From NCBI GenBank assembly GCA_965202585.1, contig OZ241829.1, forward strand, positions 66,030,001 through 66,094,000: 64,000 bases of DNA, in the 5' to 3' direction. Below are positions 25,875-39,058 of the stretch, piece by piece (position 1 is the stretch's first letter; the number at the start of each line of letters is the position of its first letter). The notes under the pieces were generated by a model. That model saw nothing but the letters and a program-made list of their open reading frames with translations. It had not been told where the DNA came from and made no database searches. Both the position numbers and the translations under genes were made by a program. The DNA is from Thalia democratica (taxonomy: Eukaryota).

Positions 25875-27485
25875 GTAGGATTGGTTAAATACAGAACTTT
25901 CCATTAAATTTTAGACAAATAACTTATTTAAATAACGTTTAAAACATTAAAATAGTATATTATTTAGTATAACCTATTATAAAAGCTAATTGTTTATAGT
26001 TTTAAATATATAAAACAAATTTAACCATTATAACTATCCTGAAATAGGTTAATAAAAAATACATTAAAAACATATAAATCAAATTACCACACTAGATAGT
26101 TTTGTATAATTATTAATTTTTTGGTTGTAAACAAAAAACTTTTGTTCGCTTTTTCGATTAGTTTTTCTCAATAAAGCAGCAATATTTTACTGAGTACAGC
26201 TTGGTACTTTTTATCTATCTTGCTCAATATTTCATTTTAACGTTTGTTATTGCTTGTAATCAAGTACTCTCAAATCTACTTACAGGTTTGCCACTTTATC
26301 TGATAAGATAGAAAAACCTGGAATTTTGAAGAAAAATCACCAAAAAACCTGGAATTTTAAACAATTTTTACATGTTATGTCGAAAAATCTTGATATAACG
26401 CAAAAAAATTATCATATAGAATTTTTTTTGGTCATCATCAAAATTAAAAACACATTTAAAGTAGCTTAACCGTATGTTTTCAATGTTTTTATATATTTAA
26501 CGCAGTTTTTACCTTAAATTCTACTTAAAACTAAAAATAGACCGAAACATGTGTACTTTTCAAAACTTGGAGGAAATTCTGAAAACCTGGATATTTTTTT
26601 TTTAAATGACTGATAGCTCTGTACTAACTAACTAATAGCTCATCAAGATCCGCCTTAACTGCGTTGTTAAACTAATATGGTTTTTATATCGTTAGTGATT
26701 GTTTCAAAATTTTTCTATAAGAAAAAGCCGTTTGTTCATTGATAATGTCAATAAATTATAAAAACTTTGTGAGTAAATAGTTTGGTTTGTATTTTATTAG
26801 ACAGTTTATTTCTGAGCTCTAATACTTTTTTGATTGAACAAAATTATTAAACTGTCTGAAATTATAATATCTGGAATTTGTTCTGACCCCGGATTTACGG
26901 CTTACTTGAATTTCTACATCTATTTTAAGGTATTATTGGTTTAGTTAAATACATTTATGTGATGTCATAGTTCAGAATACTTCCTCAGTTTTCGATATCA
27001 GTCGCTTTCTTTTTGGGACTTGTATCTTTTTTATGGTGTCATATTAACGGTGTTGTTTTGAGAAAAACTCAAATTATTTTCATTCTATATTTCAGAAAAC
27101 TCGAATATGTAAATAATCAAGAATAAGTTTTTGAATAATTCAGTAGTTAAACTGGTTTTTGCATTTTTAAACATTTGTCTGTCTTTTTTAGTCAACTGTA
27201 ATTGATTAGACATACACGACACGGCATAATTACATTTATAAACATTAGTTCTGTAATTTAAAAAAAATCAAAATGGAAGAATAAATCTGTGTCAACAAGG
27301 TATTTGAAATTTAGCATGATTTTTTTAGTTTAGAAAACATAATAACACGTACAGAAATTTTAAAAGTAATTTAATGATTAGAAATTAATCATTTTGAACG
27401 AATTTGTATTATTGCCATTGTGTACTAATGGTTAAATAAATTGTGTGTACAATCTGGCTCAAGTAAAACACCTTAATACTAACAG

Positions 27486-27624
27486 CCTGAAGGAATTGAG
27501 CAGTGCTTTTTGGAATCAGTTATATTCATGAATGAAGACGATGAAGCACTTTCGGACGCATTCGAGATAATTTACCCTGAAAATGTTGTACCAGGATGCG
27601 AAAGAGCGTCACTGTACATTTACG
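27486..27624 (+). other. A2M/TEP-family exon copy 7 (open frame)
   Basis: PEGIEQ...PGCERASLYIY(G). Confidence 0.72.
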
Positions 27625-29230
27625 GTAGGATTGGTTAAATACAGAACTTTCCATTAATTTTTAGACAAATAACTTATTTAAAAAAATATTATATAGTGTG
27701 GTCTATTACAAAAGAAAATTATTTTATAATTTTAAATATATAAACCAAATTTAACCATTATAACTATCCTGAGATAAGTTAATAAAAAATACATTAAAAA
27801 CATATAAATCAAATTACCACACTAGATAGTTTTGTACAATTACTTATTTTTTGGTTGTAAACTAAAAACTTTTGTTCGCTTTTTCGATTAGTTTTTCTCA
27901 ATAAAGCAGCAATATTTTACTGAGTACAGCTTGGTACTTTTTATCTATCTTGCTCAATATTTCATTTTAACGTTTGTTATTGCTTGTAATCAAGTACTCT
28001 CAAATCTACTTACAGGTTTGCCACTTTATCTGATAATATAGAAATACCTGGAATTTTGAAGAAAAATCAACAAAAAACCTGGAATTTTAAACTATTTTTA
28101 CATGTTATGTCGAAAAATCTTGATATAACGCAAAAAAAATTATCATATAGAATTTTTTTTGGTCATCATCAAAATTAAAAACACATTTAAAGTAGCTTAA
28201 CCGTATGTTTTCAATGTTTTTATATATTTAACGCAGTTTTTACCTTAAATTCTATTTAAAACTAAAAATAGACCGAAACATGTGTACTTTTCAAAACTTG
28301 GAGGAAATTCTGAAAACCTGGATATTTTTTTTTTTAATGACCGATAGCTCTGTACTAACTAACTATTAGCTCATCCAGATCCACCTTAACTGCGTTGTTA
28401 AACTAAGATGGTTTTTATATCGTTAGTGATTGTTTCAAAATTTTTTCTTTAGGTTTAAATAAGAAAAAGCCGTTTGTTCATTGATAATGTCAATAAATGA
28501 TGAAAACTTTGTGAGTAAATAGTTTGGTTTGTATTTTATTAGACAGTTTATTTCTGAGCTCTAAAGCTTTTTTGATTGAACAAAATTATTAAACTGTCTG
28601 AAATTATAATATCTGGAATTTGTTCTGACCCCGGATTTACGGCTTACTTGAATTTCTACATCTATTTTAAGGTATTATTGGTTTAGTTAAATACATTTAT
28701 GTGATGTCATAGTTCAGAATACTTCCTCAGTTTTCGATATCAGTCGCTTTCTTTTTGGGACTTGTATCTTTTTTATGGTGTCATATTAACGGTGTTGTTT
28801 TTGAGAAAAACTCAAATTATTTTCATTCTATATTTCAGAAAACTCGAAAATGTAAATAATCAAGAATAAGTTTTTGAATAATTCAGTAGTTAAACTGGTT
28901 TTTGCGTTTTTAAACATAGGTCTGTCTTTTTTAGTCAACTGTAATTGATTATACATACACGACACGGCATAATTACATTTTATAAACATTAGTTCTGTAA
29001 TTAAAAAAAAAATCAAAATGGAAGAATAAATCTGTGTCAACAAGGTATTTGAAATTTAGCATGATTTTTTTAGTTAAGAAAAAATAATAACACGTACAGA
29101 AGTTTTAAAAGTAATTTAATGATTAGAAATTAATCATTTTGAACGAATTTGTATTATTGCCATTATGTACTAATGGTTAAATAAATTGTTCGTACAATCT
29201 GGCTCAAGTAAAACACCTTAATACTAACAG

Positions 29231-29369
29231 CCTGAAGGAATTGAGCAGTGCTTTTTGGAATCAGTTATATTCATGAATGAAGACGATTAAGCACTTTCGG
29301 ACGCATTCGAGATAATTTACCCTGAAAATGTTGTACCAGGATGCGAAAGAGCGTCACTGTACATTTACG
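29231..29369 (+). pseudogene. A2M/TEP-family exon copy 8 (nonsense GAA>TAA)
   Basis: ...MNEDD*ALSD... Confidence 0.75.
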
Positions 29370-31976
29370 GTAGGATTGGTTAAATACAGAACTTTCCATT
29401 AAATTTTAGACAAATAACTTATTTAAATAACGTTTAAAACATTAAAATAGTATATTATTTAGTATAACCTATTATAAAAGCTAATTGTTTATAGTTTTAA
29501 ATATATAAACCAAATTTAACCATTATAACTATCCTGAAATAGGTTAATAAAAAATACATTAAAAACATATAAATCAAATTACCACACTAGATAGTTTTGT
29601 ACAATTACTTATTTTTTGGTTGTAAACAAAAAACTTTTGTTCGCTTTTTAGATTAGTTTTTCTCAATAAAGCAGCAATATTTTACTGAGTACAGCTTGGT
29701 ACTTTTTATCTATCTTGCTCAATATTTCATTTTAACGTTTGTTATTGCTTGTAATCAAGTACTCTCAAATCTACTTACAGGTTTGCCACTTTATCTGATA
29801 ATATAGAAAAACCTGGAATTTTGAAGAAAAATCACCAAAAAACCTGGAATTTTAAACAATTTTTACATGTTATGTCGAAAAATCTTGATATAACGCAAAA
29901 AAATTATCATATAGAATTTTTTTTGGTCATCATCAAAATTAAAAACACATTTAAAGTAGCTTAACCGTATGTTTTCAATGTTTTTATATATTTAACGCAG
30001 TTTTTACCTTAAATTCTATTTAAAACTAAAAATAGACCGAAACATGTGTACTTTTCAAAACTTGGAGGAAATTCTGAAAACCTGGATATATTATTTTAAA
30101 TGACTGATAGCTCTGTACTAACTAACTAATAGCTCATCAAGATCCGCCTTAACTGCGTTGTTAAACTAATATGGTTTTTAAATCGTTAGTGATTGTTTCA
30201 AAATTTTTCTTTAAGAAAAAGCCGTTTGTTCATTGATAATGTCAATAAATGATAAAAACTTTGTGAGTAAATAGTTTGGTTTGTATTTTATTAGACAGTT
30301 TATTTCTGAGCTCTAATACTTTTTTGATTGAACAAAATTATTAAACTGTCTGAAATTATAATATCTGGAATTTGTTCTGACCCCGGATTTACGGCTTACT
30401 TGAATTTCTACAATAATAACGTATTTAAAAAAATATTATAAAGTGTGGTCTATTACAAAAGAAAATTATTTTATAATTTTAAATATATAAACCAAATTTA
30501 ACCATTATAACTATCCTGAGATAAGTTAATAAAAAATACATTAAAAACATATAAATCAAATTACCACACTAGATAGTTTTGTACAATTACTTATTTTTTG
30601 GTTGTAAACTAAAAACTTTTGTTCGCTTTTTCGATTAGTTTTTCTCAATAAAGCAGCAATATTTTACTGAGTACAGCTTGGTACTTTTTATCTATCTTGC
30701 TCAATATTTCATTTTAACGTTTGTTATTGCTTGTAATCAAGTACTCTCAAATCTACTTACATGTTTGCCACTTTATCTGATAATATAGAAATACCTGGAA
30801 TTTTGAAGAAAAATCAACAAAAAACCTGGATTTTTAAATTATTTTTACATGTTATGTCGAAAAATCTTGATATAACGCAAAAAAAATTATCATATAGAAT
30901 TTTTTTTGGTCATCATCAAAATTAAAAACACATTTAAAGTAGCTTAACCGTATGTTTTCAATGTTTTTATATATTTAAAGCAGTTTTTACCATAAACTCA
31001 ATTTTAAACTAAAAATAGACCGAAACATGTGTACTTTTCAAAACTTGGAGGAAATTCTGAAAACCTGGATATTTTTTTTTTAAATGACCGATAGCTCTGT
31101 ACTAACTAACTATTAGCTCATCCAGATCCACCTTAACTGCGTTGTTAAACTAAGATGGTTTTTATATCGTTAGTGATTGTTTCAAAATTTTTTCTTTAAG
31201 TTTAAATAAGAAAAAGCCGTTTGTTCATTGATAATGTCAATAAATGATGAAAACTTTGTGAGTAAATAGTTTGGTTTGTATTTTATTAGACAGTTTATTT
31301 CTGAGCTCTAAAGCTTTTTTGATTGAACAAAATTATTAAACTGTCTGAAATTATAATATCTGGAATTTGTTCTGACCCCGGATTTACGGCTTACTTGAAT
31401 TTCTACATCTATTTTAAGGTATTATTGGTTTAGTTAAATACATTTTTGTGATGTCATAGTTCAGAATACTTCCTCAGTTTTCGATATCAGTCGCTTTCTT
31501 TTTGGGACTTGTATCTTTTTTATGGTGTCATATTAACTGTGTTGTTTTTGAGAAAAACTCAAATTATTTTCATTCTATATTTCAGAAAACTCGAAAATGT
31601 AAATAATCAAGAATAAGTTTTTGAATAATTCAGTAGTTAAACTGGTTTTTGCATTTTTAAACATTTGTCTGTCTTTTTTAGTCAACTGTAATTGATTATA
31701 CATACACGACACGGCATAATTACATTTTATAAACATTAGTTCTGTAATTAAAAAAAAATCAAAATGGAAGAATAAATCTGTGTCAACAAGGTATTTGAAA
31801 TTTAGCATGATTTTTTCAGTTAAGAAAACATAATAACACTTACAGAAGTTTTAAAAGTAATTTAATGATTAGAAATTAATCATTTTGAACGAATTTGTAT
31901 TATTGCCATTGTGTACTAATGGTTTAATAAATTGTGTGTACAATCTGGCTCAAGTAAAACACCTTAATACTAACAG

Positions 31977-32115
31977 CCTGAAGGAATTGAGCAGTGCTTT
32001 TTGGAATCAGTTATATTCATGAATGAAGACGATGAAGCACTTTCGGACGGATTCGAGATAATTTACCCTGAAAATGTTGTACCAGGATGCGAAAGAGCGT
32101 CGCTGTACATTTACG
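31977..32115 (+). other. A2M/TEP-family exon copy 9 (open frame)
   Basis: ...ALSDGFEIIYPENVVPGCER... Confidence 0.72.
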
Positions 32116-33741
32116 GTAGGATTGGTTAAATACAGAACTTTACATTAATTTTTAGACAAATAACTTATTTAAATAACGTCTAAAACTATAAAATAATATA
32201 TTATTTAGTATAACCTATTATAAAAGCTAATTGTTTATAGTTTTAAATATATAAACCAAATTTAACCATTATAACTATCCTGAAATAGGTTAATAAAAAA
32301 TACATTAAAAACATATAAATCAAATTACCACACTAGATAGTTTTGTATAATTATTAATTTTTTGGTTGTAAACAAAAAACTTTTGTTCGCTTTTTCGATT
32401 AGTTTTTCTCAATAAAGCAGCAATATTTTACTGAGTACAGCTTGGTACTTTTTATCTATCTTGCTCAATATTTCATTTTAACGTTTGTTATTGCTTGTAA
32501 TCAAGTACTCTCAAATCTACTTACATGTTTGCCACTTTATCTGATAATATAGAAATACCTGGAATTTTGAAGAAAAATCAACAAAAAACCTGGATTTTTA
32601 AATTATTTTTACATGTTATGTCGAAAAATCTTGATATAACGCAAAAAAAATTATCATATAGAATTTTTTTTGGTCATCATCAAAATTAAAAACACATTTA
32701 AAGTAGCTTAACCGTATGTTTTCAATGTTTTTATATATTTAACGCAGTTTTTACCATAAACTCAATTTTAAACTAAAAATAGACCGAAACATGTGTACTT
32801 TTCAAAACTTGGAGGAAATTCTGAAAACCTGGATATTTTTTTTTTAAATGACCGATAGCTCTGTACTAACTAACTATTAGCTCATCCAGATCCACCTTAA
32901 CTGCGTTGTTAAACTAAGATGGTTTTTATATCGTTAGTGATTGTTTCAAAATTTTTTCTTTAAGTTTAAATAAGAAAAAGCCGTTTCTTCATTGATAATG
33001 TCAATAAATGATGAAAACTTTGTGAGTAAATAGTTTGGTTTGTATTTTATTAGACAGTTTATTTCTGAGCTCTAAAGCTTTTTTTGATTGAACAAAATTA
33101 TTAAACTGTCTGAAATTATAATATCTGGAATTTGTTCTGACCCCGGATTTACGGCTTACTTGAATTTCTACATCTATTTTAAGGTATTATTGGTTTAGTT
33201 AAATACATTTTTGTGATGTCATAGTTCAGAATACTTCCTCAGTTTTCGATATCAGTCGCTTTCTTTTTGGGACTTGTATCTTTTTTATGGTGTCATATTA
33301 ACTGTGTTGTTTTTGAGAAAAACTTAAATTATTTTCATTCTATATTTCAGAAAACTCGAAAATGTAAATAATCAAGAATAAGTTTTTGAATAATTCATTA
33401 GTTAAACTCGTTTTTGCATTTTTAAACATTTGTCTGTCTTTTTTAGTCAACTGTTTTTGATTATACATACACGACACGGCATAATTACATTTTATAAACA
33501 TTAGTTCTGTAATTAAAAAAAAATCAAAATGGAAGAATAAATCTGTGTCAACAAGGTATTTGAAATTTAGCTTGATTTTTTTAGTTTAGAAAACATAATA
33601 ACACGTACAGAAGTTTTAAAAGTAATTTAATGATTAGAAATTAATCATTTTGAACGAATTTGTATTATTGCCATTGTGTACTAATGATTTAATAAATTGT
33701 GTGTACAATCTGGCTCAAGTAAAACACCTTAATACTAACAG

Positions 33742-33880
33742 CCTGAAGGAATTGAGCAGTGCTTTTTGGAATCAGTTATATTCATAAATGAAGACGATGA
33801 AGCACTTTCGGACGCATTCGAGATAATTTACCCTGAAAATGTTGTACCAGGATGCGAAAGAGCGTCGCTGTACATTTACG
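33742..33880 (+). other. A2M/TEP-family exon copy 10 (open frame)
   Basis: ...VIFINEDDEALSDAF...PGCERASLYIY(G). Confidence 0.72.
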
Positions 33881-36800
33881 GTAGGATTGGTTAAATACAG
33901 AACTTTCCATTAACTTTTAGACAAATTACTTATTTAAATAACGTTTAAAACATTAAAATAATATATTATTTAGTATAACCTATTACAAAAGATAATTGTT
34001 TTAGTTTTAAATATATAAACCAAAGCTAACCATTATAACTATTCTGAAATAAGTTAATAACGAATACATTAAAAACATATAAATTAAATTACCACACTAG
34101 ATTGTTTTGTATAGTTATATATTTTTTGGTTGTTTACGAAAAACTTTTGTTCGCTTTTTTGATTAGCTTTGCTCAATAAAACAGCAGTATTTTATTGATT
34201 ACAGCTTGATACTTTTTATCTACCTTACTCTTTATTTCTTTTTAACATTTGTTATTGCTTGTAATCAAGTACTCTCAAATCTACTTACAGAGTTGCCATT
34301 TTACCTGGAATTTTGAATAAAAATCACTAAAAAACCTGAAATTTTAATTAATTTTTACATGTTAAGTAGAAATATTTATCATATGAATAATGTTTTGGTC
34401 ATCATCAAATTTTTTTATTCATAAACACATTTAAAGTAGTTTTATAGTATATTTTCAATGTTTTTATACTATTTAACACAGTGTTTTACCTTAAACTCAA
34501 TTTAAAACTAAAGATAGACCGAAACATGTGTACTTTTCAAAACTTGGAGGAAATTCTGAAAACCTGGATATATTATTTTAAATGACTGATAGCTCTGTAC
34601 TAACTAACTATTAGCTCATCAAGATCCGCCTTTAATGCGTTGTTAAACTAAGATGGTTTTTATATCGTTAGTGATTGTTTCAAAATTTTTTCTTTAAGAA
34701 AAAGCCTTTTGCTCATTAATAATGTCAATAAATGATGAAAACTTTGTGAGTAAATAGTTTGGTTTGTATTTTATTAGACAGTTTATTTCTGAGCTCTAAA
34801 GCTTTTTTGACGGAACAAAATTATTTAACTGTCTGAAAGAATAATAACAGAAATTTGTTCTGATCCCGGATTTACGGCTTACTTGAATTTCTTTATCTAA
34901 TTTAAGGTATCATTGGTTTAGTTAAATACATTTTTGTGACGTCATAATTCAGAATACTTCTTCAGTTTTTGATATCTATAGTTTTCTTTTTTGGTTTTAA
35001 ATCTTTTCTAAGATGTCGTTTTAATGGTGTTGATTTTTAGAAAAAATTATTTTCTTTTTCAGGATGAATGTGAATTTTTATTCAATATCCTTATTTTTCT
35101 ACGTTTAATTTTCGATAATATATCCCTTTTTCTACAGTATTTGTTTTTAACGTAGTAATTTAGTTCAAGTTTTTTATTATAGAACCAACTAACACGTTTG
35201 ATGTACTTTTAGTTAATATTGGTGATGAAAAAAACTTTTGTTACTCAAGTTTTTGTAGTTTTATATGGTTGTCTTAACTCAGTGAATACCGCTTGTTCTG
35301 TATTTATTTCCTTTCAACAACAACAAATAATATTTCTCTATTGTATTTGGTTAGAATCTTTTACAGAACCTTGAAATTGATCTTTATTTGACTTTTGTTC
35401 TTCTTAAAATTATTTTATAAGTTGTAAATTTATGCAAAGCTGGTTTGTGTTGACCTATCAATTTTACATTTTTGTACGTTTCTTCATTAGCAAACCAAAA
35501 TGTATTTTTAATTAAGTTAATAGTTGTTATGTTTCGCCATAAAAATCCACGAATTTCAAAAATGAATTTTGTTATGTTATTTAAATAAGTTTATAATTTA
35601 GCTTTGGTTGCAGTGCAGTTTGTGCTTTGCTTTATTTTAAATAAGATTTTTTTTTTGACATTAAACAAACAATATTTAATTCTAGTAAGTACGTCTCTTT
35701 TTTAAACAGTGCTCTAAGTAGACTAATTGATTCATTATAATAATATTCAATATAATTCATTATGATAATAAGTTTTTATACTCTTAACACATTATCTTAC
35801 CTTAACCTTAACTTTAAATTAAAAATAGACCCAAAAAAGTGTACTTTTAAAAACCAGGAAAAAATTTGCCAACAGTATTTGGCAACCCTATTTTATGCTA
35901 TAAACTAGTGTTTTAAATATAAAACTAATATTTTTGATTAAAGGGAAAGAAAATTAAACACATTGAAACTGTAAAGTAAGTTGAACTAAAACTAGATAAC
36001 ACTTAACTAATTTTAAGTTGAATTTCTCGAATATGTGATTGCTTTTGTGTTAACAATATAAGTATATATTTCGAAACGCTACTTTTAATTTTGATGCTTT
36101 CAAATTTCTTAGTTTTTACTTATGTAATTAAATAACCAACATATCAAGATAGCAAGTTAATCTCAAAATAAACGTTCTCTAAGGTAAATCTATGGTAAAT
36201 TTTTACAGCTTCAGCTTAAAAGTTCAACGTTAGTAAAATAGAAATAATAATTTAATATAAAAGCAAGTACTAACTAAATTTTTGAATAAAAGCAAAACTA
36301 AATGAACACTTAATTGAATGATAATTTTAAACTATTTGTATTTTTGCTGTCATTTTTAAATTTTGTGATGCGCTAAGTTGCAAACTAAGATTTTTATTGA
36401 GTTTCTAACCTATAACCGTTCATAAAATTAGTGTTTGACAAAAGTGTGCACATTGAGCAGTAAACTTTGAGAAACCAACTTTAAACTACTTTATTTCTGT
36501 TTAATTTTGTATCAAACCGTTTCTGAAATTATAAAATTACTGAAGTATTTCTAGAGTATCGAGTTCTTAATTTGTTAAACCTAAATTCTTCGTATATTTT
36601 TTAGCTTTAAAGTTAATATCAAAAGTAAAAGAACAAAAACGTTATGTGTTATCATTAAAATTTAATTTATAAATCTTTTGTTATCCGATTTTTATTTATT
36701 TTTCATTCCAGTTTTGTACCTCAAGTCGTGCTTGTGGCCTCCTTTTCCTGACGCATCTTGTTAGTGTTATTTTACCCATAAAAACAGAACATACTATTAA

Positions 36801-37124
36801 CAGACGAACAATTTTATAATTTTACGAAATAGAAACTAAAACTATTTATTATATTTAAAATGTGTAATTTCATAGGTGATTATGAAGAATGACCGAGAAG
36901 ACGCAAAAATTACCCGAGAACCAGAGGCGAAGTAATTAAGAGATACTGAAAATTTTTTCCTACGTCATAGTGTTTCTTACTTTAATAGGTGAACATTGTT
37001 TGTTTTAGTTTATAAATTATAGTTATAGTTGTTAAAATTAGTTGTATTTTAATATTTAAGCATACATTTCAATGTAATTCAGTATAATACAAGTCAAAAG
37101 GTAAAATACATTTTAAAGTAAAGT

Positions 37125-37905
37125 TTTTTACCATTATTACGTCATTAAATTATTTGGAATGAAGCAGGACCTGACCACAAGGATAGCCTAAACCAGAGGT
37201 CGCAGTGAAATTAAAAAAAAAACGTTGTCCACACTTAATTAAAAAATTATAAAAACAAAAATGGGATGAAATATACTATGATAAAGCACTCGTAAATAGT
37301 TTTATTATGAACATTCAAGTTCTTTTGTTTTAAAGTAGTGGTTAATTTTATCTGCTATTGAAACTGTCGCTCTACAAACGAAATTTGATTAAATATTTAG
37401 TTATACATAAAAGTAAAGTGAGCTATCAATTAATTAGCCTCACGTGCAAATCTGATGATACTCCTTTAACTTAATAGCTTAATACTCAATAAAAATTAAA
37501 AACCGCAGTCATATCATTCCAGGGCAAAACTTGTTTTTTACTATTATTACGTCATTAAATTATTTGGAATGAAGCAGGACCGGACCACAAGGATAGCCTA
37601 AACCAGAGGTCGCAGTGAAATTAAAAAAAAAACGTTGTCGCGGTCCACACTAAATTAAAAAATTATAAAAACAAAAATGGGATAAAATATACTATGATAA
37701 AGCACTCGTAAATAGTTTTATTATGAAAATTCAAGTTCTTTTATTTAAAGTAGTGCTTAATGTTATCCGCCATTGAAACTGTCGCTCTACAAACGAAATT
37801 TGATCACATGGCGTCAGGTACAAATATGTTGATACTCCTTAAACTTAATTCCTTAATACTCAATAAAAATTAAAAACCGCAGTCTCATTATTCCAGGGCA
37901 AAATT
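37125..37905. repeat. Local ~410-bp tandem duplication
   Basis: gtcattaaattatttggaatgaagcaggacc occurs at 37141 and 37551. The paralogous block near 46.9 kb has only one copy. Confidence 0.85.
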
Positions 37906-39058
37906 ATGAGTTAACAGTAGCTTTAAAAGGTCCTTACAGTTCAAAAGAAAAACTTATGGAGTATTTGTTACATGTCGTTTTGTTGTAGTAGAAAAATGTA
38001 AAAGTTTAAATTACTGTGTACATCATATACACAACTGAATATTTATTTATATTATTTCGAACATAACCTTTAGAGTTGTACAACTCAGTACTGTTGACTA
38101 AAAAGTTTATTTAAGCTTTTTATTTTATAGGTGTTTCGTACTTTTTAAAACTAAAAATACATACTCAGCTTGAATATATTTAATTATATCATTAATTGTT
38201 TAAAAACACAGTAGTAATAAAATTAAAGTTTGCTTTACAGTGTTAAGCTTATTAACTGTACCACAAATTTAAAGTAATTTATTTTTTGATACGCAAAGTT
38301 TATGGTAATTTTTAGCTTTGATGATGTTGTTAAAAATAGTTTTTTATTGAGAGTTACTTTTATTATTTACTTTAAGTTTAGAGATTAAAACAAATACAAT
38401 AATCAAACTTACTATCGAATTTGTAACAACTCAATGAGTAAAAAATGTATTATGTTTATAAAGTTTTCAAAATAGTATAGTTATTAATGAAACTTTAAGT
38501 ACTTGCTATTCTTTAAAATAAAATATTAAAGTCAAAAACAAAAATAGTGTTGAAGTAAACTTATAAACTGCAGTAATTGTTACAAACGAAATTACAAAAT
38601 GTTAAAAGTTAAATGTTATTAAACTTATATTAATACTTGATCTTTGAAAAATAATAGTTTATCTTAACTTGGATTTAAAAGTTGCGCAATATTTATATTC
38701 TATACAACATTAATTAAACATTTTAAAATTTGAGTTTTTATTCTACACAGTGTTTAATGCGTAATGCAATGATCACGAACTAAAAACTGTTTAAAGTAAG
38801 GATGACAAAGCTATATATACTAAATTATATAAGTCTGTTAAATTGACAAAAATTTCAAAGTCTTATAACGAATTGAATAACTACTACAGAGCTATCATTC
38901 CAGTTATTATGAGGGTTAAACTAATTTTTTATACAAAAAACTTATTGGATACAGCTTACAATGAAATAAAAATATAAAATACCAATACGATACAAACACA
39001 AGCATAAATGCAACAAACTTAGAAAATGGTAAAATATGCAATTACGGACACGAAAATG

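Larger units (their letters stand above)
17540..35060 (+). repeat. Tandem macrosatellite of ~1.75-kb units (10 exon-bearing units plus one truncated unit)
   Basis: The aacagcctgaagg marker occurs at 17815, 19492, 20712, 22253, 23982, 25731, 27481, 29226, 31972 and 33737 (spacings 1.2-2.75 kb, central ones 1.73-1.77 kb). Central units are near-identical and edge units are more diverged. Confidence 0.95.

Noticed and set aside
23585-31808. Repeated 71-77 aa - strand ORFs (MLNFKYLVDTDLFF...)
   Set aside because: AT-rich, F/L/K/I-biased, starting at non-ATG codons and broken in other array units; by-products of the tandem repeat.
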